NCBI GenBank assembly: GCA_030295235.1
Contig: AP026128.1
Location: 868,001-932,000, forward strand
Source of the DNA: Fistulifera solaris
Lineage: Eukaryota
Reading direction: 5' to 3'
DNA: 64,000 bases
Below the pieces are notes generated by a model, which did not search any database, was not told the DNA's origin, and saw nothing but the letters and a program-made list of their open reading frames with translations. Both the position numbers and the translations under genes were made by a program. Below, piece by piece: positions 35,006 to 45,967 of the stretch. The first letter of the stretch is position 1. Every line of letters starts with the position of its first letter.

Positions 35006-36343
35006 ATGTTAGAGTTTAACAGCAAAATGGCTTCCTTGGGCGGCAATGTTTTCCGCCGTTTCATGATAGTTCGACGACCTCGACTGATGTCTCGGTGCAA
35101 CGGCTATCGGAGGTGTTTTTCGACGAATTTTCTAACGCAAGAGGACGGTCATTGTGATGAAATACCGTCCAACATTGAGCATGTTCTTCAAGAATATTAC
35201 GAGAAACAGCAGACCAGTTCGTCGATTCAAATGCTCATGAAGACCGGTAGGGGCGAGATGCTTGGCAAGACCTATAAAAGCGAAGCGTTCATGGGACGAC
35301 TGGGCCATCAGTTAGCAACAAATCGCATTCTGATTCAGTTTGCTTCATTTCTATCACAAGAAATACCCATTCGATTGGCTCATAGGATCCGAGATCTGGA
35401 TCAAGTTCCTATTTTGAGAGACATGCACGCCGTACAGCAGGTGAAAGCAATCTACATTCGTTCTTTCTTGGAGATGATTGACTTTCCGCCTATTCTAAAC
35501 TCAAATGATGAACAGAAGTTCGCTCATATGCTAGGAGATCTGTATACGAAACACTCGGGGGTCTTGGTGCAGATGGCGAAGGGTGCGTATGAGCTGCGGG
35601 AAGGTATTCGATCGGGGGACATCAATGTCTCAAAAGACGTGGACGACGATTTTTCACTGGAAAGTCTGATCGACTGCCACCGATGTCTGGATCGCTTCTA
35701 CATGAGTCGGATAGGAATTCGTGTTTTGGCTGGGCAGTACTTAGCAATGCGACAGGAACCACAGAACAATTATATTGGTATGATATGTCAAAAGACGTCA
35801 CCTTCGGCCGTGGTGAGAGAAGCGGCAGCCAATGTGACCAAACTTTGTACTGAACGATACGGAAGAGCGCCCGAGGTTCAACTGATAGGACGTCTTGACT
35901 TGACATTTCCGTATATTCCCACGTACTTGCATTACATTGTGCTAGAATTGCTGAAGAACGCCTTGAGAGCAACTTGCGAAAAATTCGAACTCAGTTCTTC
36001 GCTACCTCCTGTGGTAGTTGTCATTGCCGACGGTACCGATAATGAAGACGTTGTTATTAAGATCACGGATGAAGGAGGTGGGATTCCAAGAAGTCAGATT
36101 GAAAAGATTTGGAGTTATTTGTATACGACTGCAGGTTCAAGCCTTCAGAAGGCTGTCTTTTCTGGGAAGGATCATAGCGATATGTCACCAATGGCTGGAT
36201 TAGGCTACGGGCTACCTATATCAAGAAGCTACGCGCGTTATTTTGGCGGAGATATCGACTTGATGAGTATGGATGGACACGGCACCGATGTATTTGTCTA
36301 CTTGAAACGCCTAGGTGATACAAAAGAACCCATTCCTGTATAA
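35006..36343 (+). CDS. Mitochondrial pyruvate/branched-chain alpha-ketoacid dehydrogenase kinase
   Basis: Arg-rich presequence; 'EIPIRLAHRI', 'FYMSRIGIRVL', 'ELLKNALRA', 'DEGGGIP' and 'AGLGYGLPISRSYARYFGGD'. Confidence 0.92.
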   Translation: MLEFNSKMASLGGNVFRRFMIVRRPRLMSRCNGYRRCFSTNFLTQEDGHCDEIPSNIEHVLQEYYEKQQTSSSIQMLMKTGRGEMLGKTYKSEAFMGRLGHQLATNRILIQFASFLSQEIPIRLAHRIRDLDQVPILRDMHAVQQVKAIYIRSFLEMIDFPPILNSNDEQKFAHMLGDLYTKHSGVLVQMAKGAYELREGIRSGDINVSKDVDDDFSLESLIDCHRCLDRFYMSRIGIRVLAGQYLAMRQEPQNNYIGMICQKTSPSAVVREAAANVTKLCTERYGRAPEVQLIGRLDLTFPYIPTYLHYIVLELLKNALRATCEKFELSSSLPPVVVVIADGTDNEDVVIKITDEGGGIPRSQIEKIWSYLYTTAGSSLQKAVFSGKDHSDMSPMAGLGYGLPISRSYARYFGGDIDLMSMDGHGTDVFVYLKRLGDTKEPIPV

Positions 36344-36400
36344 TAATTTTATGATACGAAGTGCGTGTATGTTTTTGCTTATAAATACAATATGCCGACA

Positions 36401-37689
36401 TTACTCTATTTTCTTTTGCGTTGTCCTTATACCAGCCGCATCCATTATGCGATCAATTGCGAAAACAATTAGAAGGACGACTGTCATGTACAAAGTCAAA
36501 AGGAGGAAGGCGGCAGAGTGATCGACCTCGAGCGTGTTGACCGAAAGATTGACCAATCCAGTCATGAGGTTCGCGACCACGAACGTCACGAGTCCATTTC
36601 GATTTACTAAATGTATTAATTTCGGTGCAGCTAATGATTTGGAATGCGTCGATACATAATCGATGCAAGTGAGCTGTATAAAACATACAAACAATACCCA
36701 CACACAATAGGATGCGTTGGTGGTCCGACGGGAAACCGGGACACCAAGGTACGCCAACAAACTCCATAGCAGTCCGAGAACAACGGTAACTTCCAACAAA
36801 CGCTTGTTTTTCCAAAAGAAATGATGTGCAAGAAATTCACTTGCCAAGTATAAGGACGTGTAGCCCAAACAGCCTAAGATACCTTCTCGGTTGGCTACGA
36901 ACAGGCTCCAGCAGACTTCACCCGGAGTACATGTGCGAGGAGCATTTTCGACCCATTCTTGAAGATGTTGTGATAGTACATATTGGTAACACGCCATTAT
37001 CACCACGGGTATCGAGCAAGTGGGCCCGGGTAGGAAAGGAGCCACCATAGTCAAAAAAGCCAAGGTACAAAAGAAATTCCAGTGCACACCGTACTCGGAA
37101 GCATGTTCCGGATATTCCAGTCCTTTATGCGTCAATAATCGTAGTAGTCCCATGAACAATAACGGCAAGATTCGTTTCCAGTTCATCCGTGGTGTTGCTT
37201 TGGGCGTCGTTCCGTGACGCGCTTTGGGGGAAACGAGTCCAGCGGCGACAACAAAGGAGGCCGCTCCTAAATCCATGAGACTGTATCCTTTGACTTCTGT
37301 TTTACAAAATCGTCTAGGAAAGAGACGGAAGTCTACAGCAAGTATAGCGATGATTGTCAGATACATGAGACCCGATCGGAAAACGGTGATGGTGGCATGT
37401 TGCGTATTATTTGACGTCAAGTCGGATGACGGAGGAGATTTGAATCGCGTGACAAAGGTCACCACAACTTGTACCAAGAGCAACAAAATCCCATGAGGGT
37501 ACAGCCATTCACTTTGACATATTATCATGGGAACAATCCATGCCGAAACCTCGGTAAAAATTGACTTGGGCAGGGCCGTATAGCAATACCAACCGATCGG
37601 GACCGTACTTGCTATCAACAGTAACTCGACGGGTGTCGTACCCTCGTGGCCACTGACAAACGCTTCTTTTGCTCTTTCCAATCTGTCAT
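36401..37689 (-). CDS. PIGW: GPI inositol acyltransferase PIG-W/GWT1 (apparent frameshift just after the start codon)
   Basis: 'KEAFVSG', 'AILAVDFRLFPRRFCKTE', 'SLMDLGAASFV', 'EYGVHWNFF', 'NREGI' and 'VSRR'; C-terminal KKIE. Confidence 0.92.
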
Positions 37690-37803
37690 GTTTGTCGGAA
37701 ACGATTTGCCAGGGAGTAAAAGAAACGTTGTAAATAATAATAATTCACGCGATAGATGATATAAATAGATTTATTTTGAAGACGCGAGCGTTCCTTTTTT
37801 TAA

Positions 37804-38663
37804 GACCCCGTCCGGCGAAATTGGGGCCCTTTGGGGGTTAAAATTGCTAGAAACCGTGATAGTGAAAAACACGGTTTTGTCTCCTAGCGTATAAAACATG
37901 ATAAAAATAAAACAACATTCTTCCTATTAAAAAACGAAATCGAACGATATGTCGGACGTCTCCAACGCCCAAAAATTGAGCAAAATACGACCATTACCAA
38001 ATTCACAACAAAATGTGAAGTGATTATTGAACGCTACGTAAATCCTCTAATAACTGCTGCTTCTATAAACATTTAACAGGGAATAGTCCACAAGTGACAC
38101 TTAAAGAGGATGTTTAACGGTCGATTGTTGTTTGGGCCGCTGTGAAAGAGAAAACGAAGCAGAAAGAGCGACCCCAAGATTTTCAAGACGACAAAATCAA
38201 CAATAAACCCTTCTTTTGTCACCGTGTGGCACAAATCTTTGCCCCCAGCACTAGCATTCCATCAACCACGTTATGGGGATCATATTCTACCAAAAGAGCG
38301 ATCTGAAAGTGGTCTTTCAAGTCAATTTTAATCAAGTTTCTTGCTCAGCGGCCGAATGTTTTTGAGCGAGAAGTCGCGTTGGCGATGACGAAGCGGTATA
38401 AAAACGAAACGAAATTCTACAATGTGACAATGTGTTTTATGCGCAGCGGTACCTGTCTATGCTTCGACCGTTACAAAAAGTCTATGTTTTTGCTTCAAAA
38501 TTTAGTTAATATCGACGAAACTAGCAAAAGTAAAATTATACATCGCAATAACTTTTTAAAAGCTATCGATTGATGTAATTTTTATCAAAATCGAAGAATT
38601 TTTTTTTTCGTGGGAAGTCAGATCCTAGCAATTTTCGGCACCCCAAATTCGCCGGACCGGGTC
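37804..38663. mobile_element. Non-autonomous DNA transposon (MITE-like, 860 bp) with terminal inverted repeats and TTAA target-site duplication
   Basis: Left end TTAA|GACCCCGTCCGGCGAAATTGGGG; reverse complement of right end TTAA|GACCCGGTCCGGCGAATTTGGGG (21/23 identical). Both ends continue into AAAATTGCTAG. The interior is AT-rich with no long ORF. Confidence 0.85.
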
Positions 38664-38880
38664 TTAATAAATAAAAAAAATCCATTCATGCGACTGGAAA
38701 ATGCATTATTGGTGCAGCTAAAATCACACTTTGGCCTATAGTAAAAACGGATGATACTATTTCGCCAGGATTTATCAATCTGAATAATCAAAGCGTGTAC
38801 TTCAAATGCTGCTAAAGGTGATTCATTGTGGTTTTGGTCTAATAAGCTTACCGAATAAGCAGAATGAACCCAATTAAAAT

Positions 38881-39251
38881 AGTAATATATCTCGGCGAAT
38901 TTGATTCTTGACTGAAATAATGCAGTCGTGGTTTCCGTAAACTAACACTTTGGCCTATAGTAAAAGTTTGAAGAAAATGATCCGCAAGGCTTTCAGGACG
39001 ACGTTTAGCCCCAACACGTGCCTTCTGCTCTCTCCAATCTGTCATATTTGTTGGATACGATTTGCTAGGCGGTCCAGTATTGTCGAGTGTAATCTAACCA
39101 ATTGAGAAAGTAATATATCTCGGCGAATTTGATTCTTGACTGAAATAATGCAGTCGTGGTTTCCGTAAACTGACACTTTGGCCTATAGTAAAAGTTTGAA
39201 GAAAATGATCCGCAAGGCTTTCAGGACGAAAAGCACCAACACGTGCCTTCT
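38881..39251. repeat. Local direct duplication (about 120-bp block twice, period about 228 bp)
   Basis: 'agtaatatatctcggcgaatttgattcttgactg...ggctttcaggacga' occurs at 38881-39001 and 39109-39229. 'ccaacacgtgccttct' follows both copies. Confidence 0.9.
39020..39069 (-). pseudogene. Diverged copy of the PIG-W start-codon region
   Basis: 'tgctctctccaatctgtcatatttgttggatacgatttgc' matches 37670-37709 'tgctctttccaatctgtcatgtttgtcggaaacgatttgc'. It reads MTDWREQK versus MTDWKEQK. Confidence 0.75.
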
Positions 39252-39479
39252 TCAAGTGAACCTGATGCTCCTGAATTCATTGGATTGGGGTTCATATACT
39301 TGGTTCATCTTTAGGTTCCACTAAGTCACTATAAAAAGTGTGGCGACGAGGGACAGCGTTACAGGATACGAGTTATAAGCAAGGTTCGTTGATCTGGCTT
39401 CGTCAGTTGAAACAGTATTCATGGATTGCTCTGTAGCTTTGCGACGGACGATATGGCGAATATTAGTGCGCGTTCTCCG

Positions 39480-39974
39480 TCAGCTTTTTGCCAGTTGTTG
39501 TTGCAAGAGTCGAATCGCCAGATCGGCGTCGGCATTCGTCAGACCCACCGGACTACTGACCGCGATGGCGCGTCCCTCAAAATAATTTCTATATCGCTCT
39601 AAAAGCAAATCTTCATCTTCGAGAGCAATCCATGCTCGAGGTCGATTGTTCTGTAGGTATCGATATATTTCATACTGTCGTTCGTCGTGGTAGGACGTGT
39701 CCGTCAAGTCGTAAAACTCCGTGATCCGAGCAAGAGGACTGTCGTGAACATTGCCGTATATTTGAAAGGATTCGATGATATCATCAATCATATTTTTCTG
39801 CGCCCTCCAAGTTGACGACAAAACCAGCAAGGCGTCAGGGACGGCGTTGAGAATTTGTGAGAGCGCATGCAACGTCGCGTCAGGAAATATGGCTCCGCAC
39901 GTAGAGACTGGCGGGTTTGGAAATGGTAGCAGCACTCCATCTATATCTAAGAAGATCAGTATTTTTCCAGCCAT
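39480..39974 (-). CDS. HAD-superfamily protein of the 'Swiss Army Knife RNA repair' HAD type
   Basis: 'LIFLDIDGVL', 'LVLSSTWR', 'RQYEIYRYL', 'WIALEDEDL' and 'GLT'. Confidence 0.75.
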   Translation of the reverse strand: MAGKILIFLDIDGVLLPFPNPPVSTCGAIFPDATLHALSQILNAVPDALLVLSSTWRAQKNMIDDIIESFQIYGNVHDSPLARITEFYDLTDTSYHDERQYEIYRYLQNNRPRAWIALEDEDLLLERYRNYFEGRAIAVSSPVGLTNADADLAIRLLQQQLAKS

Positions 39975-40232
39975 CCTTTCGTCCTGATTGGGATTGTATG
40001 GCGATGGCGGTTTTGAGTGGAACATTTGTGAGAGTGCGATTGATGGAGAAGAACAGGTACCGGTACGACCAATGACTGCTACTATCCAATCGATGTCTGG
40101 CCTGCACTGCGGATGACCGGCGATCTCTCCACCGCACGCAGTGGCGTTTGCAGGCGACGATGGCTGCTTGCAAACGCAAGACAAAAAAATAATCGGGGAC
40201 ATTCACAGCACTTTGATTGAGATCGATTTACA

Positions 40233-40757
40233 ATGGTAAGCAGTGTTGGTAACCAGAGCTATCCTTTTGATGTGTCATATTTTGTAAAGAGGTCTGTATT
40301 ATTGCTGTCGACGGGGAACAAATAGACACCGACAAAAAGCTGGTCAACGTCAACGGTCTCGGCGATCGGAGAACGCATTTGCGAGCAGGTTTTGAAGGCA
40401 TTGTTCCCGCATTTCTGATTCAATTCTTCCTCTGAAGCGATGCGATGTTCCCATAGTTGCGTGATGCTTTGTGGTGTCCAGATTGTCAAAAATTGTGCTA
40501 CTTCGTTGTTGTGATGTCTCCTTATGTCTTTTTCAACGTCTGCATCAATGCTATTACAGGCCACTCAAAGACGCGCAGCAGCTAGACAAGCCGGAGGTGG
40601 CGGAGGACGTCCCGCTGGTGCCGGAAATAACATCTTGCAATTTTACACCGATGATTCGCCGGGTTTGCAGGTAGGACCTACCACCGTCTTGGTTGCTAGT
40701 TTGTCCTTTGTGGGGGTTGTCGTACTTTTGCACATCTTGGGCAAATTCAGATCGTAA
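40233..40757 (+). CDS. SEC61B: Sec61 beta subunit (ATG-only first coding exon; intron 40236-40559)
   Basis: 'LQFYTDDSPGLQVGPTTVLVASLSFVGVVVLLHILGK'. Splicing ATG|gtaag...tacag|gcc gives MATQRR. Confidence 0.9.
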
Positions 40758-41355
40758 AAGTTTAAATAGCATTTATAGTTTGAAGTTATGTTGCCGATGC
40801 ACATGTGGTTGATTTCAAAATAGATGTCTAAAACATCTTGACTAGTCCCAATACTCGTTTCGAGTTACTTCTAGCAGGCGTCTACTCTGATAAAGCTTAT
40901 TTCTCACCGAGCGGCCATAATCATTTCAATGACATTTGTAGTAACGACAAAGTGCACAAGTTTATAGGGAAAACTCCACAAAACCATTTCTGACTCATCC
41001 ATCACATCCTCTCGAGACCACAGCAAAGCCGTGTTCATCTCATTTCCCACGAGCTCTCTGAAGCTGATACTAGCACAGACGAGGTCTTTAAGGAGCTGAG
41101 TGATTCTTTCTATTAGTAATTAGCTCGTCTATCTCATTGAGAATCAATGGTTGAAAAATCTTGCTAGTGCTCTCGATCCGTTATCGGAGAAATGCTTTCG
41201 ATGCATAGCAAATGGAGATGAAAAATTGCGGTCTCATGCGTGGGGAGTCTGGTAATCCCAGATCAGGGATACCGGAAGCTCAAAGATTGTTTTACGATAA
41301 ATGATTGCGCTTCTGTGTGATGTGAAATTGTGACGTATCCTTTGACAAACAAAGC

Positions 41356-41826
41356 TTACGAAAGCCAATATTCTGGGTTATCTGTGCCCATGACTTTCGC
41401 CTGCAGCTCGCCAATACGAGCCGCTCCGTATTCGACTGCCTTGGCCCATGGGTTATCCTTGTGAGAAATCAATTGAAGGTGAAGATCTTCGAGATTATCA
41501 TCGTCGAATCTTGCCGTCGTTTGTAGTCGGGGTACATTTGGTCTTGAAGGATCGATTTCTGTTTCCTCTGGCGGATTAACGATAGTAGCAAAAGTAGGGA
41601 AATACTGCTTGTCTTTTCGGAATCCTGGGCAATCAAAGTCGCGTGCAGCATGCAAAGGATCCAACGAAGCAGCATCTCGACTCTCCCGTATCGTCGCCGC
41701 GGCAAGTGAGAAATATTCTGCCACCATTGCGACTTTTACTTCTCTTGTAAACAAATCAGTTGGCTGGACAAGGAATGCTTGAGCAACACTGATGATTGCC
41801 ATGGAAAGAACAAATAGATTCATTTT
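41356..41826 (-). CDS. Plastid-targeted hypothetical protein
   Basis: Signal peptide followed by an 'AQAFLV' ASAFAP-type motif. No family recognised. Confidence 0.55.
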   Translation of the reverse strand, partial: KMNLFVLSMAIISVAQAFLVQPTDLFTREVKVAMVAEYFSLAAATIRESRDAASLDPLHAARDFDCPGFRKDKQYFPTFATIVNPPEETEIDPSRPNVPRLQTTARFDDDNLEDLHLQLISHKDNPWAKAVEYGAARIGELQAKVMGTDNPEYWLS

Positions 41827-42543
41827 CATTGACATGGTCATGCGGCGCGTTGTGATGGAAATTTTGTGAGGGAGAATGATGCAAATTGCCGTCATGTGCC
41901 AGCTAATTTCAACGAAATTCCCGAATAGATCGTACAGTAGAGCAGCACTCTACCGGCAGCAGGCAAAAGATGACGTGTACTACAGTTTTTATACACTCGA
42001 ATTCCAGGCATTGAAGCCGTTGTTCCGTGAGATCACGTCAGCACATTTCCTTGCATTAGTATAACAATTTATGTAGCAGTCATGACCACCGAACACAGAG
42101 AATTGAATACCGTTTCAACCTCCGCGCTTGCTTTTGTACATTTTAAGGGAGAGTCAATGAATTACCACATTCACACCGTTACAAAGCGCCCGTCAAGTCG
42201 TAAGATTACAGATTAAGTGACACTCAATAAAGATTCTAGTCACACCGTCACAAGCACATAAGGTTTCAAGACTGAAGACAAAGACAAGACCCAATGTATT
42301 TCCTGATTCCCTAATGAACAAGACTGACTCGCAGTTTGTATTATTTCGTCTTTCGTCGCCCCGCGCCGCTTTTCATTCATTCGACTGACTTCTTTCATTG
42401 TAACAAAATCCAATTGCTTTGTTATCGGTTTATCTCTTCTCGTGAACAGACAAAGCGACAAGGTCGTTGATTGATAACGTAACGAAGAGCGCTCAGCAGT
42501 TTAAATTCTTGGTTTCGTTTCAGAGACATATTCTTGGGATAAT

Positions 42544-43652
42544 ATGGATAAATTTTTGGATCGATTTAAGCCGAAACAGACGAAGGCAAACAATGGAAAT
42601 TTGCTCGGAAACCTGTTTGGCGGCAATAATACCTTCGCGGGCCAAGGCCATTCACTTGGTGGGAGCCACGGCGGTGAGACTATTCCTATCGAGCTTTCGG
42701 AAGCCGGTCCTTTGGGGATCAAAATAGAGAAAAGACCGAACGCTGCGGCGATTGTAAACATGGTTGTGGAAGGTAGTCAAGCGGAAAAAGCAGGTATACA
42801 ACGAGGGGATGTTTTGTGTTTTGCCGGAACTTCCGGAAAGGAAGAAATTATGTACGACGAGTTTCTGAGTCTAGCCAGATCATCTCAACGCCCTCTTGCT
42901 TTTGACGTGAGACGAATAAAAACAAAAAATGCTCCGAAAGATAGTGAGCAGATGTCGGCAGATTCGTATGCCAGAAAGCAAGCGATGATCGCTGCCGCGG
43001 AAGCAAGAGAGAAAGCTCACAAAAGATGATGAAACCGATTCGGAAAAGTGACAGCAAAGTGTCGGAAGCATCGTCGACGATATCCAACGATACTCAGCAA
43101 CCTTTATCCGAAGAAGCAAAACAGGCGATAGCAGCTGCCAAGTCACAAGAAGAGAAATTAGCAGCCGAATTAGGATACAATCCCTACGAGACAAACAAAA
43201 TGAATGCAGGACAAGCACGAAACGCTACTGTAGCTCTGAATCATGGCTCAATGCATGCAAAAGAAAGCCACGAGCCCTCACAAACTCCTCCTTTACCTGC
43301 ACACAGACCGTCTGAGCAATTTCAGCAAGCTTTCGAATCAGTCGTTACTGGGAACGATCATGCTAATGTTGTTAAGAGCTTTCTGATATTAAAGAAGCTG
43401 ATTGTCAATGCAACAACAAAGGGTCAGTTGGATGCTGAGGACTCGAGTAAATTCCGCCGGATACGTCTGGATAATACAAAGATCAACGAAGCTGTGGTGC
43501 AAACCGAGGGCGCTCTGGACTTGCTTTTGTCTGTTGACTTCCAGTTGGCCGAAGATGACGGGACATCATTACTGGTGTATCCACCGGGAAACACTGGACC
43601 TGTCTGGCTCGTGCAGGCATTGGAACAGCTTGAGCAATATGCCAAGTCGTAG
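42544..43652 (+). CDS. SHP-box/PDZ/PUB-domain protein, probable p97/Cdc48 cofactor (apparent frameshift near 43022)
   Basis: 'FAGQGHSLGG' (SHP box); 'GPLGIKI...GSQAEKAGIQRGDVL' (PDZ); 'LKKLIVNA...KFRRIRLDNTKI...GALDLLLSVDF' (PUB). Confidence 0.75.
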
Positions 43653-43796
43653 AGATGTGGGTGAACCGTAAACTCAAACGCTGTCTAATTTTACATAAAG
43701 GTCTTCGATTTGAGTAGAGTAGCGTGGTCCACATATACAAAGATTGAAATTGATGAACGCTAATAAAAATAATATAAAGGCAACGTCGAAACTCTT

Positions 43797-45329
43797 CTAA
43801 ACACCATCATCTCCCCAGTCATCACCCCAGTCGTCCGTATCGTCGTCCTTGCTTCGAACCTTTTCAATCTTGGGAGAATCGACTTTGACACCAGTGGAAA
43901 TTGTATCAGGAGAAGTAGTTCGTACTGGACTTGTATCAGGACGTGCTTGTGCTTGAACTAAGTTCAGCTCAGCTCCCAGTTTTTCGATTTCTCTTTTTGC
44001 GTCGTTGAGAGCCGAGGACACCTCCTCTTTTTCTCTGTTTGCTTCATCTGCGCTTTCTATTGCTCTAGTGAGCTTCTCTTGCATTTGTGTGATTCTGGCC
44101 TCAACATCGGCGCTCGTCATTTGCAGTGTTTCTTCGAGACTATTTTTCTCCATGGTCAACGACTGAACTTGATTTTGCAATTCCTGTAACTGACTTTCGT
44201 TGTCGCAGCCGCCTCCCTCCTGTAATTTTTTTTACTTGGTCAAGTAACTTTCTTTTTTCTTCCTGTAACGCATGGACAACGCTCTGAGCTTCTTCAAGCT
44301 GTTTAAAAAGTTTCGACGATTCATCCACATGACGTGAAACTTCAGCCTCTTTCTCGCTGAGCGCGTTTCGTAAGGTTTCAAGTTGTTTTTGTTGTTGGGT
44401 CACTTCTGACTGCTTTTGAAATAGCTCGTCCCCGACTTCTTTCATGTCAACAGCCCCTTCAACCACATGCTGATCAACTGAGATATCAAGCTGGCCCAGT
44501 TTCAACGCAGCAAGTTCCGACTCTCGTTCAAATAGCTGCATTTGAAGTTTCTTGATTTCCGATGACCCTTCGCTCGCGCTACGGTGCTCTAACAACTCTT
44601 TTTCTGCATCTGTACCGTTTGCTGCAATAAATCTCGTTCCTCCAGAGCTTGCTTCAATTCGTCCTTGAGTTTTTCTTTCTCTTCGTCTTTGAAAACAACA
44701 ACGTCTTCTTCTTCTTCTTCCTCCTCATCGTCTTCCTCATCCTCTTCATCACCCCAGCCAAGCTCCTCGTTATCATCGCCATCTGACAGAGCAGTGTTCA
44801 TAACAAACGGAGGACGGGAACCCGTGAAGAAAGAACTCGACTTATTCCCATCAATCGCTTTGCCTTCGTCATCTTCTGCCAGTGTCTTCGATACTGCCTT
44901 TACCGCGTCTCCAAGGAGGTGCCCGATCGCATTCATAGGACCTTCTTCTTCAACACTTGAATTCTGCCATTCTGCCATAATTCTTTGTGGATCACAACGA
45001 TAAAAGTATCGCTGCCAAAATTCTGCGTAGCTGACATGATCCGGCACCAATTCATCCAGAAACGTCTTCAGCATATCGTGTTTCTCCAAATTCATACTGA
45101 TCTCTTCGCCTTTCTCTTCTATATTGAAGTCTTTCAAAAACTGCTCCGCTTCGGCATCATCCTCGTTCAAAGGCGTCGTGTAGGTCTCTTCTAGCTTCAT
45201 GCGGCGGAGGGCTTCCGCCTCCTCCTCGGAAAGGTCAAAGTTCTCATCCATATTGTTCAAAGCAGCGGCGGCATCTTCGGTCACCGTACTTACAAACTCA
45301 GTTAAATCTCTACGCAAAGCGCTCCACAT
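43797..45329 (-). CDS. BSD-domain protein with long coiled coil (apparent frameshifts near 44600 and 44200)
   Basis: BSD motif 'LVPDHVSYAEFWQRYFYR', an acidic tract, a coiled coil and a C-terminal 'DDWGDDWG'. Confidence 0.8.
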
Positions 45330-45967
45330 TGTTGCGGATTTTGTTGTTACAAAGAAATAATACAGAACGCGTCAGATGGTCCGTTCGAAAACCCCTCAAG
45401 GCGATAGGAATGAAACTCGAATAACTTTTCCCGGGCACCAAGACCGGAACGCACTACTGTATCTGGTTGACTAATTCCTTAAAGAGTTGGTGACGGAAAC
45501 GCTTCTCGTGAAGAGAATTGCTATTTGTTGACATCAAACAAGGAATACATAAGGGGCGGAGCAACAAGCGGCTTTTTATTTATTCGATGCCTCGAGCCTC
45601 GAGCCTCGACGAACACGAACTTCGAATTCGTACGTGCGTACGTCGTACGTCTGATAAAAAAAAGTATTCTACTTTTTGGCGGATAATACGGTGGGAGGTT
45701 GTTGTTTACATAAGGCCGGATGATTCCGGAGTACTCTACGCCCTACAGAATGATTCAAATTAGATGCGCTGTCACAGTTGTTTCATTCTTAGATGCAGGA
45801 AAGAGCTTCGATTTTTCTAGTTAAGATGTTTCTGAAGCCAACGGTCCTGGATAACATTCTCCATCCCATTTTCACTTGATCGAACGATAAATCCCTCCTC
45901 ACAACATGACCATAACGTTAATTGAAAGATCATTGTGCCCTCTGCAACCATTTACATCCGTTTCTTA

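Noticed and set aside
35006..36343. Two-component kinase belonging to the rhodopsin-kinase system
   Set aside because: Its motifs and presequence identify it as an ordinary mitochondrial PDK/BCKDK-type GHKL kinase.
37804..38663. Autonomous transposon
   Set aside because: No transposase-length ORF; the 64-aa ORF at 38379 has no recognisable motif.
3830..45329. Pseudogenes or programmed ribosomal frameshifting in Sin3, Nop14, the Sec7 GEF, PIG-W and others
   Set aside because: These are essential genes with intact catalytic motifs. The breaks fall mostly at assorted homopolymers with no shared slippery signal, so sequencing error is more parsimonious.
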